From: Acidobacteriota bacterium
GTDB taxonomy: Bacteria; Acidobacteriota; UBA6911; RPQK01; JAJDTT01
Assembly: GCA_965263035.1 (NCBI GenBank)
Contig: OZ253580.1
Location: forward strand, 2,624,001-2,688,000
DNA: 64,000 bases
Direction of reading: 5' to 3'
The notes beneath the pieces are model-generated. The model searched no databases. It was not told where the DNA came from and worked only from the letters and a program-made list of their open reading frames with translations. Below, piece after piece: positions 34,508-44,078 of the stretch; within the stretch, counting starts at the first letter, position 1, and every line of letters starts with the position of its first letter. The translations under genes and the position numbers were made by a program.

Positions 34508-35575
34508 ATGGCGACTCCCGGAACCCGCCGGAGAGATCTGCTTCATCCCGAACGCATGGCGGCTCTGGCCGCCGCGGCCCTGCCCCGTGTCCCTCCGGAC
34601 CTCGAGGCCGTCCCGGATGAGCTGATCCGAGCGGGCCGGCAGGCCATGGCCTGCCGCTTCGAGATCTTCCTGTCGACCCGGGACCGGTCTCGAATCATGA
34701 CGGTCCACCGAGCTCTGGATCTGATCCAGGAACTCGAAGGCCAGATGACCGTCTTTCGAAACGACAGCGAGATTGCCCACCTGAATCGCTACGCCTTCGA
34801 GCGACCGATAGCTGCCGAGACCGGCCTCTTCGAGCTGCTGCGGCTGGGAGCGAGAATCTATCGCGAGACAGGCGGAGCCTTCGACATGACAGCCGGTCCG
34901 CTTTGGAAAGTCTGGGGATTCTCCCGGCGCCAGGGTACCCTTCCCGATCCGGAGGCGGTCGAGGAGGCTCGAAGCCAAGTCGGATCCCGTTTCCTGGAAT
35001 TGGACCCGTCCGCCGCAACCGTTCGCTTCCGGCGCCGCGGTCTGGAATTGAATCTGGGAGCGATCGGAAAGGGGTACGCGCTGGACCGGGCCGGCCGGCT
35101 GTTGAAGCAGGAAGGTACGAGCCGCGCCCTGCTCCACGCCGGCCACAGCAGCATTTTGGCCCTCGGGGAAGGCCCCGGACGGGAATCGCCGCCGGGGTGG
35201 AAGGTCAGCATCCGGGATCCATTGGGAAGGACCGGGCCACTGGCCACCGTGGAGCTTCGCAATCGAGCCCTTTCCACTTCCGGCGTGGGCGAACAGTTCT
35301 TTCGGATCGGAAATAAACACTATGGCCATGTCCTGGATCCCCGGACCGGTCATCCGGTGGAGAAGAATCTGGCCGCGACGGCCCTGGCTCCTACGGCGGC
35401 GGAGGCGGACGCCCTCTCCACGGCGTTCCTGGTCATGGACCTGGAAGATATTTTGTCGTACTGTCGTCGGCGCCGGGGCATAGGGGCCATGGTGGTCGCC
35501 AAAGATCCCCGGGATGGGGCCGTTCAGGTCCATCACTGGGGCCTGGACGCCGATCATTTGGAGGTCTTCCGGTGA
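34508..35575 (+). CDS. apbE: FAD:protein FMN transferase
   Basis: TGGAFD, LNLGAIGKGYA, STSG, HVLDPRTG, ADALSTA. Confidence 0.9.
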   Translation: MATPGTRRRDLLHPERMAALAAAALPRVPPDLEAVPDELIRAGRQAMACRFEIFLSTRDRSRIMTVHRALDLIQELEGQMTVFRNDSEIAHLNRYAFERPIAAETGLFELLRLGARIYRETGGAFDMTAGPLWKVWGFSRRQGTLPDPEAVEEARSQVGSRFLELDPSAATVRFRRRGLELNLGAIGKGYALDRAGRLLKQEGTSRALLHAGHSSILALGEGPGRESPPGWKVSIRDPLGRTGPLATVELRNRALSTSGVGEQFFRIGNKHYGHVLDPRTGHPVEKNLAATALAPTAAEADALSTAFLVMDLEDILSYCRRRRGIGAMVVAKDPRDGAVQVHHWGLDADHLEVFR

Positions 35576-36072
35576 ATCGTTTCAATCAACTCACCCCGAT
35601 CCACAAGTTTCTGCTGCTGGTGCTCCGCTTCTGCCTCGGGTGGCACCTTTTCTACCAGGGGGTGGGGAAGTTCCTGGCCGTGAATTGGACCTCGCGAGGC
35701 TACCTCGAAAACTCAACGGGGCCTTTTCCCGGAATCTTCCATTGGATCGTCGAGAACCCTTCATTACTGGCCATGGCCGACGTCGGCACCAAGTGGGGAC
35801 TCGTCATATTGGGGCTGGGGCTGATGCTGGGACTGTTCACGCGCCTGTCCGCCTTGGGGGGATTCGCGCTGCTCATGTTGTTCTATCTGGCATCGCCGGC
35901 GCTGATGTCGGACGGCTTCGTGGTCCAGTCCGCCGAGGGGACCGAACTCTACGTCAACAAGACGTTGATCGAGGCCTTGGCCCTATCGCTGATTCTGGTC
36001 TTCCCCACCGGTCAGATCGCCGGTCTGGACATACTTGTGCGCCATTGGAAGACCAACCGATTCAGCAGGTAG
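35572..36072 (+). CDS. DoxX family membrane protein
   Basis: LRFCLGWHLFYQG..K, GLGLMLGLFTR; about four hydrophobic segments. Confidence 0.82.
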   Translation: MNRFNQLTPIHKFLLLVLRFCLGWHLFYQGVGKFLAVNWTSRGYLENSTGPFPGIFHWIVENPSLLAMADVGTKWGLVILGLGLMLGLFTRLSALGGFALLMLFYLASPALMSDGFVVQSAEGTELYVNKTLIEALALSLILVFPTGQIAGLDILVRHWKTNRFSR

Positions 36073-36179
36073 CACCCGGGGAGAACCATGTCTGCCGCTT
36101 GGAGCGATCCGGGACAAACTGCCGACAAGATTGATAATATGGCGACACCCGACCCAACCCGATCTCCATGGAGGTGGGT

Positions 36180-37454
36180 ATGCTGAACGACGAACAGAAA
36201 AAACTGGGACGCAGGAATTTCATCAAGGCCGTGGCCACGGTTCCACCCACGGGGGCGCTGCTCTGGAAGACCTCCTCGATGTGGCCGGTGAAGACAGGCA
36301 TCATCGGCATCGGTGCACAAGGCGGAGTGTTGATGGAGAACGCCCCGCCCAGCCACATGCGGATCTCGGCGGTCTGCGACATCTTCCCCCCCAATCGGGA
36401 AAAAGCTCTCAAAATCGCCCAAGAGCGGTACGACCCGAACGCCGTCGCCTACTCGGATCATCGCGAGCTCCTGAAACATAACGATATCGAGGCCGTCCTC
36501 ATTGCGGCTCCCCTCTGGATGCACGAGCCTCTCGCCATCGACGCGCTCAACGCGGGAAAGCACGTTTTCACCGAAAAGGCCATGGCCCACAGCATCGAGG
36601 GTTGCCGCCGCATGATCGAAGCCGCCAATTCGGCGGGCAAGCATCTCCAGGTGGGTCATCAGCGCAACTACAACCCCCTGTACCAGGAGGCGTACCAACT
36701 CATCCGGGAGGGCGTCATCGGAGACGTCTACCACGTCCGCAGCCTCTGGCATCGGAACAAGAGCTGGAGGCGGGCAGTTCCCGAAACCGACTTCGATCCT
36801 ACGCCTTGGGGTTATCCGGACATGGAGCACTTGAGGAACTGGAGGCTCTACCGGAAGTACTCCCACGGCCTCAACGCCGAGTTGGGAAGCCACCATCTGC
36901 AGGTCGTCAACTGGTTCACCGGCGAACTTCCCAAGGCGGTCTACGGTTCCGGCGGAATCTACGCCTACAACGACGGCCGCGAGGTGGAGGACCACATCTA
37001 CGTCACCTACGAGTACCCGGGAGGGGTCACTTACACCTTCTCGTCCATACAGACCAACGCCTTTGATCACTTCTACGAGCAGTTCATGGGCACCGAAGGC
37101 ACCATCATCCTCACCCGGGAGCGGGAAGCCATGCTTTTCTCGGAGCAGGGGAAGGCGGCGGCGACCGAGCTCAAGACCCAGGCCATGGGAGACGCTCCTC
37201 TGCTGGAGGCTTCGGAAAGCCGGGTCCGGGATGCGGCCGGGTCCCAGGTCACGGGTGGAGGCAAGAGCGCGGCCTCCGCTCTGAGGGGGTATTCGAAGGA
37301 ACTGGAAGGGTTCTGCAGGACCATCCGCTACGGATCCGAGAATCTTTGCGACGGGCCGTCGGCAATGAACGTGTGCGTACCCATGATCAAGGCCGGCGAG
37401 TCCACCGTTTCCGGACAGAAGGTGGACATCCCCCAGAATCTTTACTGGACTTGA
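36180..37454 (+). CDS. Tat-exported Gfo/Idh/MocA oxidoreductase
   Basis: GRRNFI signal, GIIGIGAQG, HVFTEK; GGAGGT SD before ATG 36180. Confidence 0.88.
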   Translation: MLNDEQKKLGRRNFIKAVATVPPTGALLWKTSSMWPVKTGIIGIGAQGGVLMENAPPSHMRISAVCDIFPPNREKALKIAQERYDPNAVAYSDHRELLKHNDIEAVLIAAPLWMHEPLAIDALNAGKHVFTEKAMAHSIEGCRRMIEAANSAGKHLQVGHQRNYNPLYQEAYQLIREGVIGDVYHVRSLWHRNKSWRRAVPETDFDPTPWGYPDMEHLRNWRLYRKYSHGLNAELGSHHLQVVNWFTGELPKAVYGSGGIYAYNDGREVEDHIYVTYEYPGGVTYTFSSIQTNAFDHFYEQFMGTEGTIILTREREAMLFSEQGKAAATELKTQAMGDAPLLEASESRVRDAAGSQVTGGGKSAASALRGYSKELEGFCRTIRYGSENLCDGPSAMNVCVPMIKAGESTVSGQKVDIPQNLYWT

Positions 37455-37491
37455 TCGATCGGGCGGTATCTTCGGCGCGACCGGTGTACGG

Positions 37492-38661
37492 TCAACCGGA
37501 ATTCGGCTGCAACTCGGGAATATCGACCCAGGATCGGCTCCGCCAGGACTCCCGCGCACACTCGGCCAACTGAACCCCTTTGGCTCCCTCCAGCAGGTTC
37601 CAGGGGAACGGCTCGTCGGCAAGGACATGGCGCAGGAACAGTTCCCACTGCGCCCGGAAGGGTCCGGACGCGGGAGGGGGCCCGGGTGCCGGCGACCATG
37701 ATTCCAGCCACGTGTGCGACTGCTCCAGGTCCGGATTCCAGGTCACCCGCGGGGTGGACCGGGCGAGTTGCACCCTACATTCGTTCAAGCCGCAGACGGC
37801 CGATCCAAGAGTTCCGTCGACTTGAAGGGTGAACAGGTCGTCCCGGCGCACGCGAACCGCCCAGGAACTGTTGAAGTGCGCGACAACGTCTCCCTCGAGT
37901 AGAAACGTCGCGTAGGCCGAGTCGTCGGCCGTGACCGCGTACTCCCGGCCCTCTTCGTTCCAACGCCTGCGAACGTGGGTGGCTCCCAGGCAGGAGACGG
38001 CACGCACGCCGCCGAAAAGGTTCTCCAGCAGATACCTCCAATGGGGGAACATGTCCAGGATGATGCTCCCTCCCTCTTCCTTGCGGTAGTTCCAGGACGG
38101 CCGCTGCAAGGGCGGCTCCCTCCCGTCGAAGACCCAATAGCCGAACTCTCCCCGGACCGAGAGGATCCGCCCCAGACACCCGTTCCGCAGCAACCGTCTC
38201 AACTGAACGATCCCGGGCACCCAGAGCTTGTCCTGGACCACGCCGTGCTTGAGACCCCTCCCCTGGGCCATCCGGTAGAGCCGGTAGGCCTCGGCGCTCG
38301 TGGAGGCGGCCGGTTTCTCACAGTACACGTGCCGGCCCGCCTCCAGAGCGCGTTCCATTGCCGCGGCCCGAAGCGGGGTGGTCTGAGCGTCGAAATAGAT
38401 CTGGTTGGCGGGATCTTCCAAGGCCCGATCCAACTGATCGGTCCAGGCCTCGACGCCGGTCTCTCGGGACAGCCGCTCCAGCTTGACCCGGTCCCGCCCC
38501 ACCAGAACCGGCTCGGGAAGGATCCGGCCGACGCCGGGGACCTCCACCCCCCCGTCCCGTCCGATACTCAGGATGGACCGGCGCAGATGCTGATTGGCCC
38601 CCATGCGGCCGGTGACTCCGTTCATGATGACGCCGATCCGGAGGGGCGAGGATGCGGGCAT
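37492..38661 (-). CDS. Gfo/Idh/MocA family oxidoreductase
   Basis: MNGVTGRMG, HVYCEKP, QRPSWNYR. Confidence 0.88.
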   Translation of the reverse strand: MPASSPLRIGVIMNGVTGRMGANQHLRRSILSIGRDGGVEVPGVGRILPEPVLVGRDRVKLERLSRETGVEAWTDQLDRALEDPANQIYFDAQTTPLRAAAMERALEAGRHVYCEKPAASTSAEAYRLYRMAQGRGLKHGVVQDKLWVPGIVQLRRLLRNGCLGRILSVRGEFGYWVFDGREPPLQRPSWNYRKEEGGSIILDMFPHWRYLLENLFGGVRAVSCLGATHVRRRWNEEGREYAVTADDSAYATFLLEGDVVAHFNSSWAVRVRRDDLFTLQVDGTLGSAVCGLNECRVQLARSTPRVTWNPDLEQSHTWLESWSPAPGPPPASGPFRAQWELFLRHVLADEPFPWNLLEGAKGVQLAECARESWRSRSWVDIPELQPNSG

Positions 38662-38670
38662 TTTCCAACG

Positions 38671-39105
38671 TCAAACGTGTTGGGGACGGGCCCCTTCCGG
38701 CAAAGCGGGCGTCTCGCGGCCGGCGCGGGGAAGGGTGCCCATGAGCTCTTGGCGCCAGTGGGCGACGTCCCCGGCGGGACCATAGCAGTAGATGAAGGTC
38801 AGGGGCTTCTTGCCCAGGTTGGTGAGCTGATGGTAAATGCGCGGCGAAATATAGACGATATCCCCCGAGTTCAAGGTTCTCCGCTCCCGACCCAGGCACA
38901 TCTCGCCCGTCCCTTCCAGGACATAGTAGATTTCCTCCTGCTCCTGATTGTGCCAGGGGACCTGGCCTCCATCCGGGTCCAGGACCACGGATCCCATGCA
39001 GAAGCTGGCCGTCTGAATGGGCGAAGGGCCGCCCACCAGATTTGTCGACTCGCGGCCGGCCGGGAAACGGCGAGAGTTCAACCGGTTGAGAGTGGCAACG
39101 ATCAT
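38671..39105 (-). CDS. Cupin domain protein
   Basis: PWHNQEQEEIYYVLEG and GDIVYI...YH cupin motifs; ORF-track extension is MITE sequence. Confidence 0.85.
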   Translation of the reverse strand: MIVATLNRLNSRRFPAGRESTNLVGGPSPIQTASFCMGSVVLDPDGGQVPWHNQEQEEIYYVLEGTGEMCLGRERRTLNSGDIVYISPRIYHQLTNLGKKPLTFIYCYGPAGDVAHWRQELMGTLPRAGRETPALPEGARPQHV

Positions 39106-39121
39106 CTGCTCCGTCCTCCAG

Positions 39122-39279
39122 CAGTCCGTGGTGAAAGTCCCGCGAGCACCGAGACCGTTCCTGCGCCCGCCGGACAAGGCGCGATTCGGGAGCATACCGG
39201 GAGTATGTGACCGAATCGCAACGCAGTCCGCCGGGATGCAGGGACGGTCGAATGCCGTGACGACTTTTGCCACGGGCTG
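39122..39279 (-). mobile_element. MITE family A copy 4 (158 bp)
   Basis: Both TIRs; perfect CCAG direct repeats at 39118-39121 and 39280-39283. Confidence 0.88.
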
Positions 39280-39416
39280 CCAGGGTGGTCGCCGGCGACC
39301 GGCCCCAACTGCCGGGAGAATGAATGCTGAAGCCCATTTTCGGTGCCGGCTGAGAATTGCATCCGGGCAAAGCTATCAACCGGCGCCGGAAGGACGCAAG
39401 CTCGTTAAAGATCCCC

Positions 39417-40967
39417 TCATCCGAAGGTCTTTTTCCAGAAACTCCGGTCCAGGGACCGGTACTGGATGGCCTCCGAGACATGGGAGGTGGTCAGGCCGGA
39501 TGAACCGTCAAGGTCGGCGATGGTGCGAGCCATCTTGAGGATGCGATCGTAGGCTCGAGCCGAAAATCCCAACCTGGGAAGGGCCTCGTCGAACAGCCGC
39601 TTCACCCTGGGACTCAGGGCGCAGTACCGCTGGATCTCCACCGACCCCATCTGAGCGTTGCAGAAAATCGACGTTCCCGAGAAACGATCCCGCTGAACGT
39701 CCCGCGCCCGGGCGACCCGCTTGGCGATGGACCGCGAGGGCTCTCCCGAAGGCTGGGACGCCAAGTCGCGGTACGGAACCTCGGGGACTTCGACCTGCAA
39801 GTCCATCCGATCCAGGAAAGGCCCCGAAATCCGGGTCAGATAGCGGTGGATCGCGACCGGCGAACAGACGCACTCCCGATAAAGACTGTTGGCATAGCCG
39901 CAGGGGCAAGGGTTCATGGCGGCCACCAGCATGAAGCGGGAGGGAAAGGTCAAGCTGCGGGTCGCCCGGCTGATGGTGATTTCTCCAACCTCGCAGGGTT
40001 GCCGAAGCGTTTCCAGCACTCGCCGGTGAAATTCGGGCAGCTCATCCAGAAAGAGGACGCCATTGTGGGCCAGGGAGATCTCGCCGGGTCGAGGCGCGGA
40101 TCCTCCACCCACCAGACCGGCTCCGCTGATGCTGTGGTGGGGAGAGCGAAAGGGTCGCCTCACCAGGATGGAGCGGCTCTTGCCCAGCATTCCGCAGACG
40201 CTGTGGACCGCGGTCGTTTCCAGGGATTCGGAGAAGCCCATTGAGGGAAGGATGGAGGGGATGCGCCGTGCAAGCATGGTCTTGCCGGCGCCGGGAGGTC
40301 CGATCAGGAGCAGGTTGTGGCCACCGGCGCAAGCCACCTCCAAGGCCCGTTTGGCCGCCTGTTGCGCCTTGACGTGAGAGAAATCGGGCAATCGGGACTC
40401 CGTTTCCGATTCTCCTGCGCCCGGGTCGATCTTGAGAGGGTCCTGGTGCCGGTCGCCGTTGAGGAGATCCAGAACCTGGGGCAGACTGGCCGCGCAGTAG
40501 ACATCGATTTCCGGGACTGCCGCCGCCTCCCGGGCGTTGTCAGCAGGGAGCAGGAGTCTCTTGAACTTCCACTTGACGGCTCCCAGAGCCACCGGCAGTG
40601 CGCCCCGAATGGGGCGCACCCTTCCGTCCAGAGACAACTCACCGAGAATCAGCCATTTCCTGAGCTCCCGTTCTTCCAGCTTTCCAGCCAGACCCAGGAT
40701 CCCCAATGCGATGGGCAGGTCGTAACAGCTGCCTGCCTTCTTGAAGCCCGCCGGAGCCAGGTTGACGATGATGGTCCCTTGGCGGGGAAAGTCGAACCCG
40801 CAATTGCAGATGGCGGCTCGCACTCTCTCCCCGCTCTCCTTGACCGCCGTGTCGGGCAAGCCGACGACGTGGTACCTGGACCGCATACTCTGGGAGATGT
40901 CGACCTCCACGTCGATGATCTCGGCCTGGATGCCCAGGACGGAGGCACTGTGGACTTTCAGCAGCAT
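39417..40967 (-). CDS. comM: YifB/ComM Mg-chelatase-like AAA+ ATPase
   Basis: VGLPD, GPPGAGKT, FRSPHH, LAHNGVLFLDELPEF, NPCPCG. Confidence 0.9.
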   Translation of the reverse strand: MLLKVHSASVLGIQAEIIDVEVDISQSMRSRYHVVGLPDTAVKESGERVRAAICNCGFDFPRQGTIIVNLAPAGFKKAGSCYDLPIALGILGLAGKLEERELRKWLILGELSLDGRVRPIRGALPVALGAVKWKFKRLLLPADNAREAAAVPEIDVYCAASLPQVLDLLNGDRHQDPLKIDPGAGESETESRLPDFSHVKAQQAAKRALEVACAGGHNLLLIGPPGAGKTMLARRIPSILPSMGFSESLETTAVHSVCGMLGKSRSILVRRPFRSPHHSISGAGLVGGGSAPRPGEISLAHNGVLFLDELPEFHRRVLETLRQPCEVGEITISRATRSLTFPSRFMLVAAMNPCPCGYANSLYRECVCSPVAIHRYLTRISGPFLDRMDLQVEVPEVPYRDLASQPSGEPSRSIAKRVARARDVQRDRFSGTSIFCNAQMGSVEIQRYCALSPRVKRLFDEALPRLGFSARAYDRILKMARTIADLDGSSGLTTSHVSEAIQYRSLDRSFWKKTFG

Positions 40968-41249
40968 TTTCCTGAACTCCCGTGAATTCACAGGATCGCC
41001 GCCCGGTGCGGCAGGTCCTCTTCTCGTCGCTCGGCAGGCGCCACGCCGAGCACTAATGGTGCTCTTCAACAGCCTGTTAACGTCCTGCGCAGGAAAAATG
41101 CGAAGCCTCGGGCTGGTTCCCACCTGGGTTTGGAGCGGGAACGGAGTTGGAGTCGAGTGGAGTTGCCGGTTCCGGGGTATACTCCTGTTTTTCCAAGATG
41201 TCCGGAGTGGCCCGGTGAGAAATTCGGGCTCGAGGCTGAGAGTGGATCC

Positions 41250-42296
41250 ATGACGGCGTCGAATGATCGGCAGGAGGGACGCTTCCTCAGGGCTTGCCGG
41301 CTCCAAAAGGTGGATTGCACTCCCGTCTGGGTGATGCGTCAGGCGGGACGCTACCTGCCCGAATACCGGCGGTTGAGGGAGCGTTACACGCTCCTGGAGA
41401 TCTGCGGGAACCCGGAGTTGGCGGCGGAGGTGACCTTGCAGCCCATCCGGCGATTCGATCTGGATGCGGCCATTATCTTCGCGGATATCCTCCTGCCGCT
41501 GAAGGGAATGGGCCTGGATTTCCGGTTCGCCGCGGGAGAGGGTCCCGTCATCTCCGAGCCGGTAAGGAGTCCGGAAGCGGTCCGGGCGCTGCACACCATG
41601 GATCCGTGGCAGCACCTGCCCCACGTCATGGAAGCACTCCGCCTCGTGCGGCGGGAGTTGGACCCTGGACGGGCCTTGATCGGTTTCTGCGGTGCTCCCT
41701 TCACTCTCGCCAGTTACATGATCGAGGGCGGCCGCTCCAAGAATTTCCAGGAGACGAAGAGGTTCATGTACACCCATCCGGACGCCTGGAAGGAGTTGAT
41801 GGGGAAGCTGGTAGAGGTCCAGATCGCGTATCTGAATGCGCAGGTCGATTCGGGGGCCCAGGCGGTCCAACTCTTCGACAGTTGGGTCGGCAGTCTGGGT
41901 CCGGCCGACTATCGGGAGTATGTCCTTCCCTTCTCCCGGGCCCTGTTCCAAGGGCTGAAGCATCGTCGGGTCCCCCTGATCCATTTCGGAACCGGAACCG
42001 GAGCCCTTCTGGAGGACATGCAGCAAGCGGGGGGAACGGTGTTGGGTGTCGATTGGCGAGTCGACCTGGACCAGGTCTGGCTCCGATTGGGTTCGGGTCA
42101 GGCCATCCAGGGGAATCTGGACCCCCTTGCCCTGATGGCCCCCAGACCGATCCTGAAACGGAAGGTGCGGGACGTGCTGGGCCAGGCCCGGGGACGCCGG
42201 GGACATATCTTCAATCTGGGCCATGGCGTTTTGCCGGCCACCGATCCGGACGCCGTGGCGGCCATGGTCGACTGGGTTCGGGAGGAGTCAAAGTGA
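41250..42296 (+). CDS. hemE: Uroporphyrinogen decarboxylase
   Basis: PVWVMRQAGRYLPEY, QGNLDP, FNLGHG. Confidence 0.96.
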   Translation: MTASNDRQEGRFLRACRLQKVDCTPVWVMRQAGRYLPEYRRLRERYTLLEICGNPELAAEVTLQPIRRFDLDAAIIFADILLPLKGMGLDFRFAAGEGPVISEPVRSPEAVRALHTMDPWQHLPHVMEALRLVRRELDPGRALIGFCGAPFTLASYMIEGGRSKNFQETKRFMYTHPDAWKELMGKLVEVQIAYLNAQVDSGAQAVQLFDSWVGSLGPADYREYVLPFSRALFQGLKHRRVPLIHFGTGTGALLEDMQQAGGTVLGVDWRVDLDQVWLRLGSGQAIQGNLDPLALMAPRPILKRKVRDVLGQARGRRGHIFNLGHGVLPATDPDAVAAMVDWVREESK

Positions 42297-42328
42297 TCGT
42301 TTTCGGCAGGGATCTCATCAAGAAAGGA

Positions 42329-42934
42329 ATGGACGTCCAACAGCGGACCCCGGCCGGCATTCCCCAATTTCGATTCGGGTGCATGATTCTGTTCCTGGTC
42401 CTTTTCGGCGGTATGGAGCCGGGCGCTGCCAGCCCGGACTGTGAATCGATCCTCCCCAGTCTAAAGGTCCCAGACAAGCTCAAGACCCGGGGAAAGCCGA
42501 AACGAGGACGTTGGGAGAACGTGGACAAGATCATCACCCGGGTGCGGGAGGCGGTGCAGGACAAGGACTGTTCGCTGACCCTGGAGCAGTTGTTCCAGGT
42601 TCGCCGCCAAGAGATCTTCTTTCCCTTGACCAACAACCTGCTCAGAACGGTCCCCGAGGAATCCCTGCGGGGTCTGTCCATCTACTCGAACGACGGCGAG
42701 CGGCTGGGAGAATTTTCCAACATCGTGCCGTATCACCGCAGCGGAGGACTTTACGCCGTAAGGGGATATACGCTGCACTATTTCCAATACCAGGATCAGG
42801 AGGGCAGCCTCCACTCCAGCGGCACCGATCTACTGTTGGACAACTTTCTGCTAAAGTGGAGCGAAATCAAGGATCGCGTCGTGATCTCCACTCCACGCCA
42901 GACCGAAGGGGATCTCCAACACAGGCAACGTTAA
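42329..42934 (+). CDS. Hypothetical secreted protein
   Basis: AAAGGA SD, hydrophobic N-terminal segment, stop overlaps next start (TAATG). Confidence 0.6.
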   Translation: MDVQQRTPAGIPQFRFGCMILFLVLFGGMEPGAASPDCESILPSLKVPDKLKTRGKPKRGRWENVDKIITRVREAVQDKDCSLTLEQLFQVRRQEIFFPLTNNLLRTVPEESLRGLSIYSNDGERLGEFSNIVPYHRSGGLYAVRGYTLHYFQYQDQEGSLHSSGTDLLLDNFLLKWSEIKDRVVISTPRQTEGDLQHRQR

Positions 42935-43965
42935 TGAGCAGACCGGTGCATCGATTTCCCGGCCCTGGGGCAGAAAGACTTCTCCTGGTCCTTTTCCTTG
43001 TCTGTTCTCAGGGTTGGACCTGGACCCTGTTGGGGCAGGAAGCCGCATCCGGCACCGCCGGGATCGCCTATGGCCGCGGATACGTGGACGGACGCCGGTT
43101 GGGAGAAAGCGATCGGGCGGCGCGGCATTACTACGACATGGCCAACAAGCGGGCCTACCAGCGGTTGGATCCGGGGTTCGATCCGGAGCGAGACGACCCC
43201 GAGGTCTACCGAAACGCCTATCGCCGCGGTTTCGAAGCCGGATACGAAGATGGGTACTATCCTGACCGGCCGCGCTCCCGTCGGCGGGGCCCGGGCTCAG
43301 AACCGGATGGCCCCGAGACCCGATCGCCGGCTGCCGCGGACTCGGGATCCAAACTCCGGGTCCCGGCCGGGACCGAGATTCGCGTCCGAATGAAGGAACC
43401 GCTCACTACCAGAACCCACAAAGTGGGGGATATTTTCTCGGCTCGTGTGATTCAGAGTATCGATGCAGGTAAGGGAACAGCCGTTCCCAAGGGCGTCGAG
43501 GTGCGTGGTTCCATCTCCCAATTGGTGCGGGCCGGCCGTATCCGGGGCCGAGCCCGGATGAACCTGCACTTCAAGGAGTTGCGCTTCAGAGACGGACGAG
43601 TGGTCCCCTTGGATGCCCAGATGGCTTCTCTGGTGGAGCCGCGCAAGAGGAGCGTCGCCGATCAAGAAGGCACACTGGTGGGGCCCGGGGAGAAGGGCCG
43701 CGACGCCGGCAAGGTGGGGGCCTCATCCGCCATCGGTGCGCTGATCGGCCTGATCGGCGGGGGCAAGGAAGGGGTCGCGGTGGGAGCGGCCGCCGGTGCC
43801 GCGGTGGGAGCGGCTGGGATTCTGGTGACCCGGGGTAGGGACATCGTGATTCCGGCCGGGACTGAAATCATCATTCGACTGAGCAGGGATCTCGACATCC
43901 CCGTGCCGCGCCGGCCCCCTCCTCCTCGCGGCGAGGCACACTTCCCCGCCACCGACGACACCTGA
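42934..43965 (+). CDS. Secreted protein with VirB10/TrbI-like beta domain and glycine zipper
   Basis: Signal peptide, GYxxG repeats, VPAGT...IPAGT, GALIG..GG..G...GAAAGA. Confidence 0.6.
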   Translation: MSRPVHRFPGPGAERLLLVLFLVCSQGWTWTLLGQEAASGTAGIAYGRGYVDGRRLGESDRAARHYYDMANKRAYQRLDPGFDPERDDPEVYRNAYRRGFEAGYEDGYYPDRPRSRRRGPGSEPDGPETRSPAAADSGSKLRVPAGTEIRVRMKEPLTTRTHKVGDIFSARVIQSIDAGKGTAVPKGVEVRGSISQLVRAGRIRGRARMNLHFKELRFRDGRVVPLDAQMASLVEPRKRSVADQEGTLVGPGEKGRDAGKVGASSAIGALIGLIGGGKEGVAVGAAAGAAVGAAGILVTRGRDIVIPAGTEIIIRLSRDLDIPVPRRPPPPRGEAHFPATDDT

Positions 43966-44078
43966 CCAAGCGGGAAGCAATCCCAAATCCCAAACTGAAA
44001 AGGCGAGTGTACCGGTGCTCTCCGGTCCCGCGAAAGAAGCAGGGCCGATGCCGGGTTGTTCTCCTTAGCTCTTGCCGG

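Noticed and set aside
40968-42224. 935-aa version of comM and 806-aa version of the S9 peptidase
   Set aside because: The extensions are antisense to hemE and sucC; family-like N-termini begin at 40967 and about 45974
43979-43995. AATCCCA x2 and other weak period-7 stretches (about 53174-53200, 23835-23876)
   Set aside because: Two units or highly degenerate; not distinguishable from chance by eye
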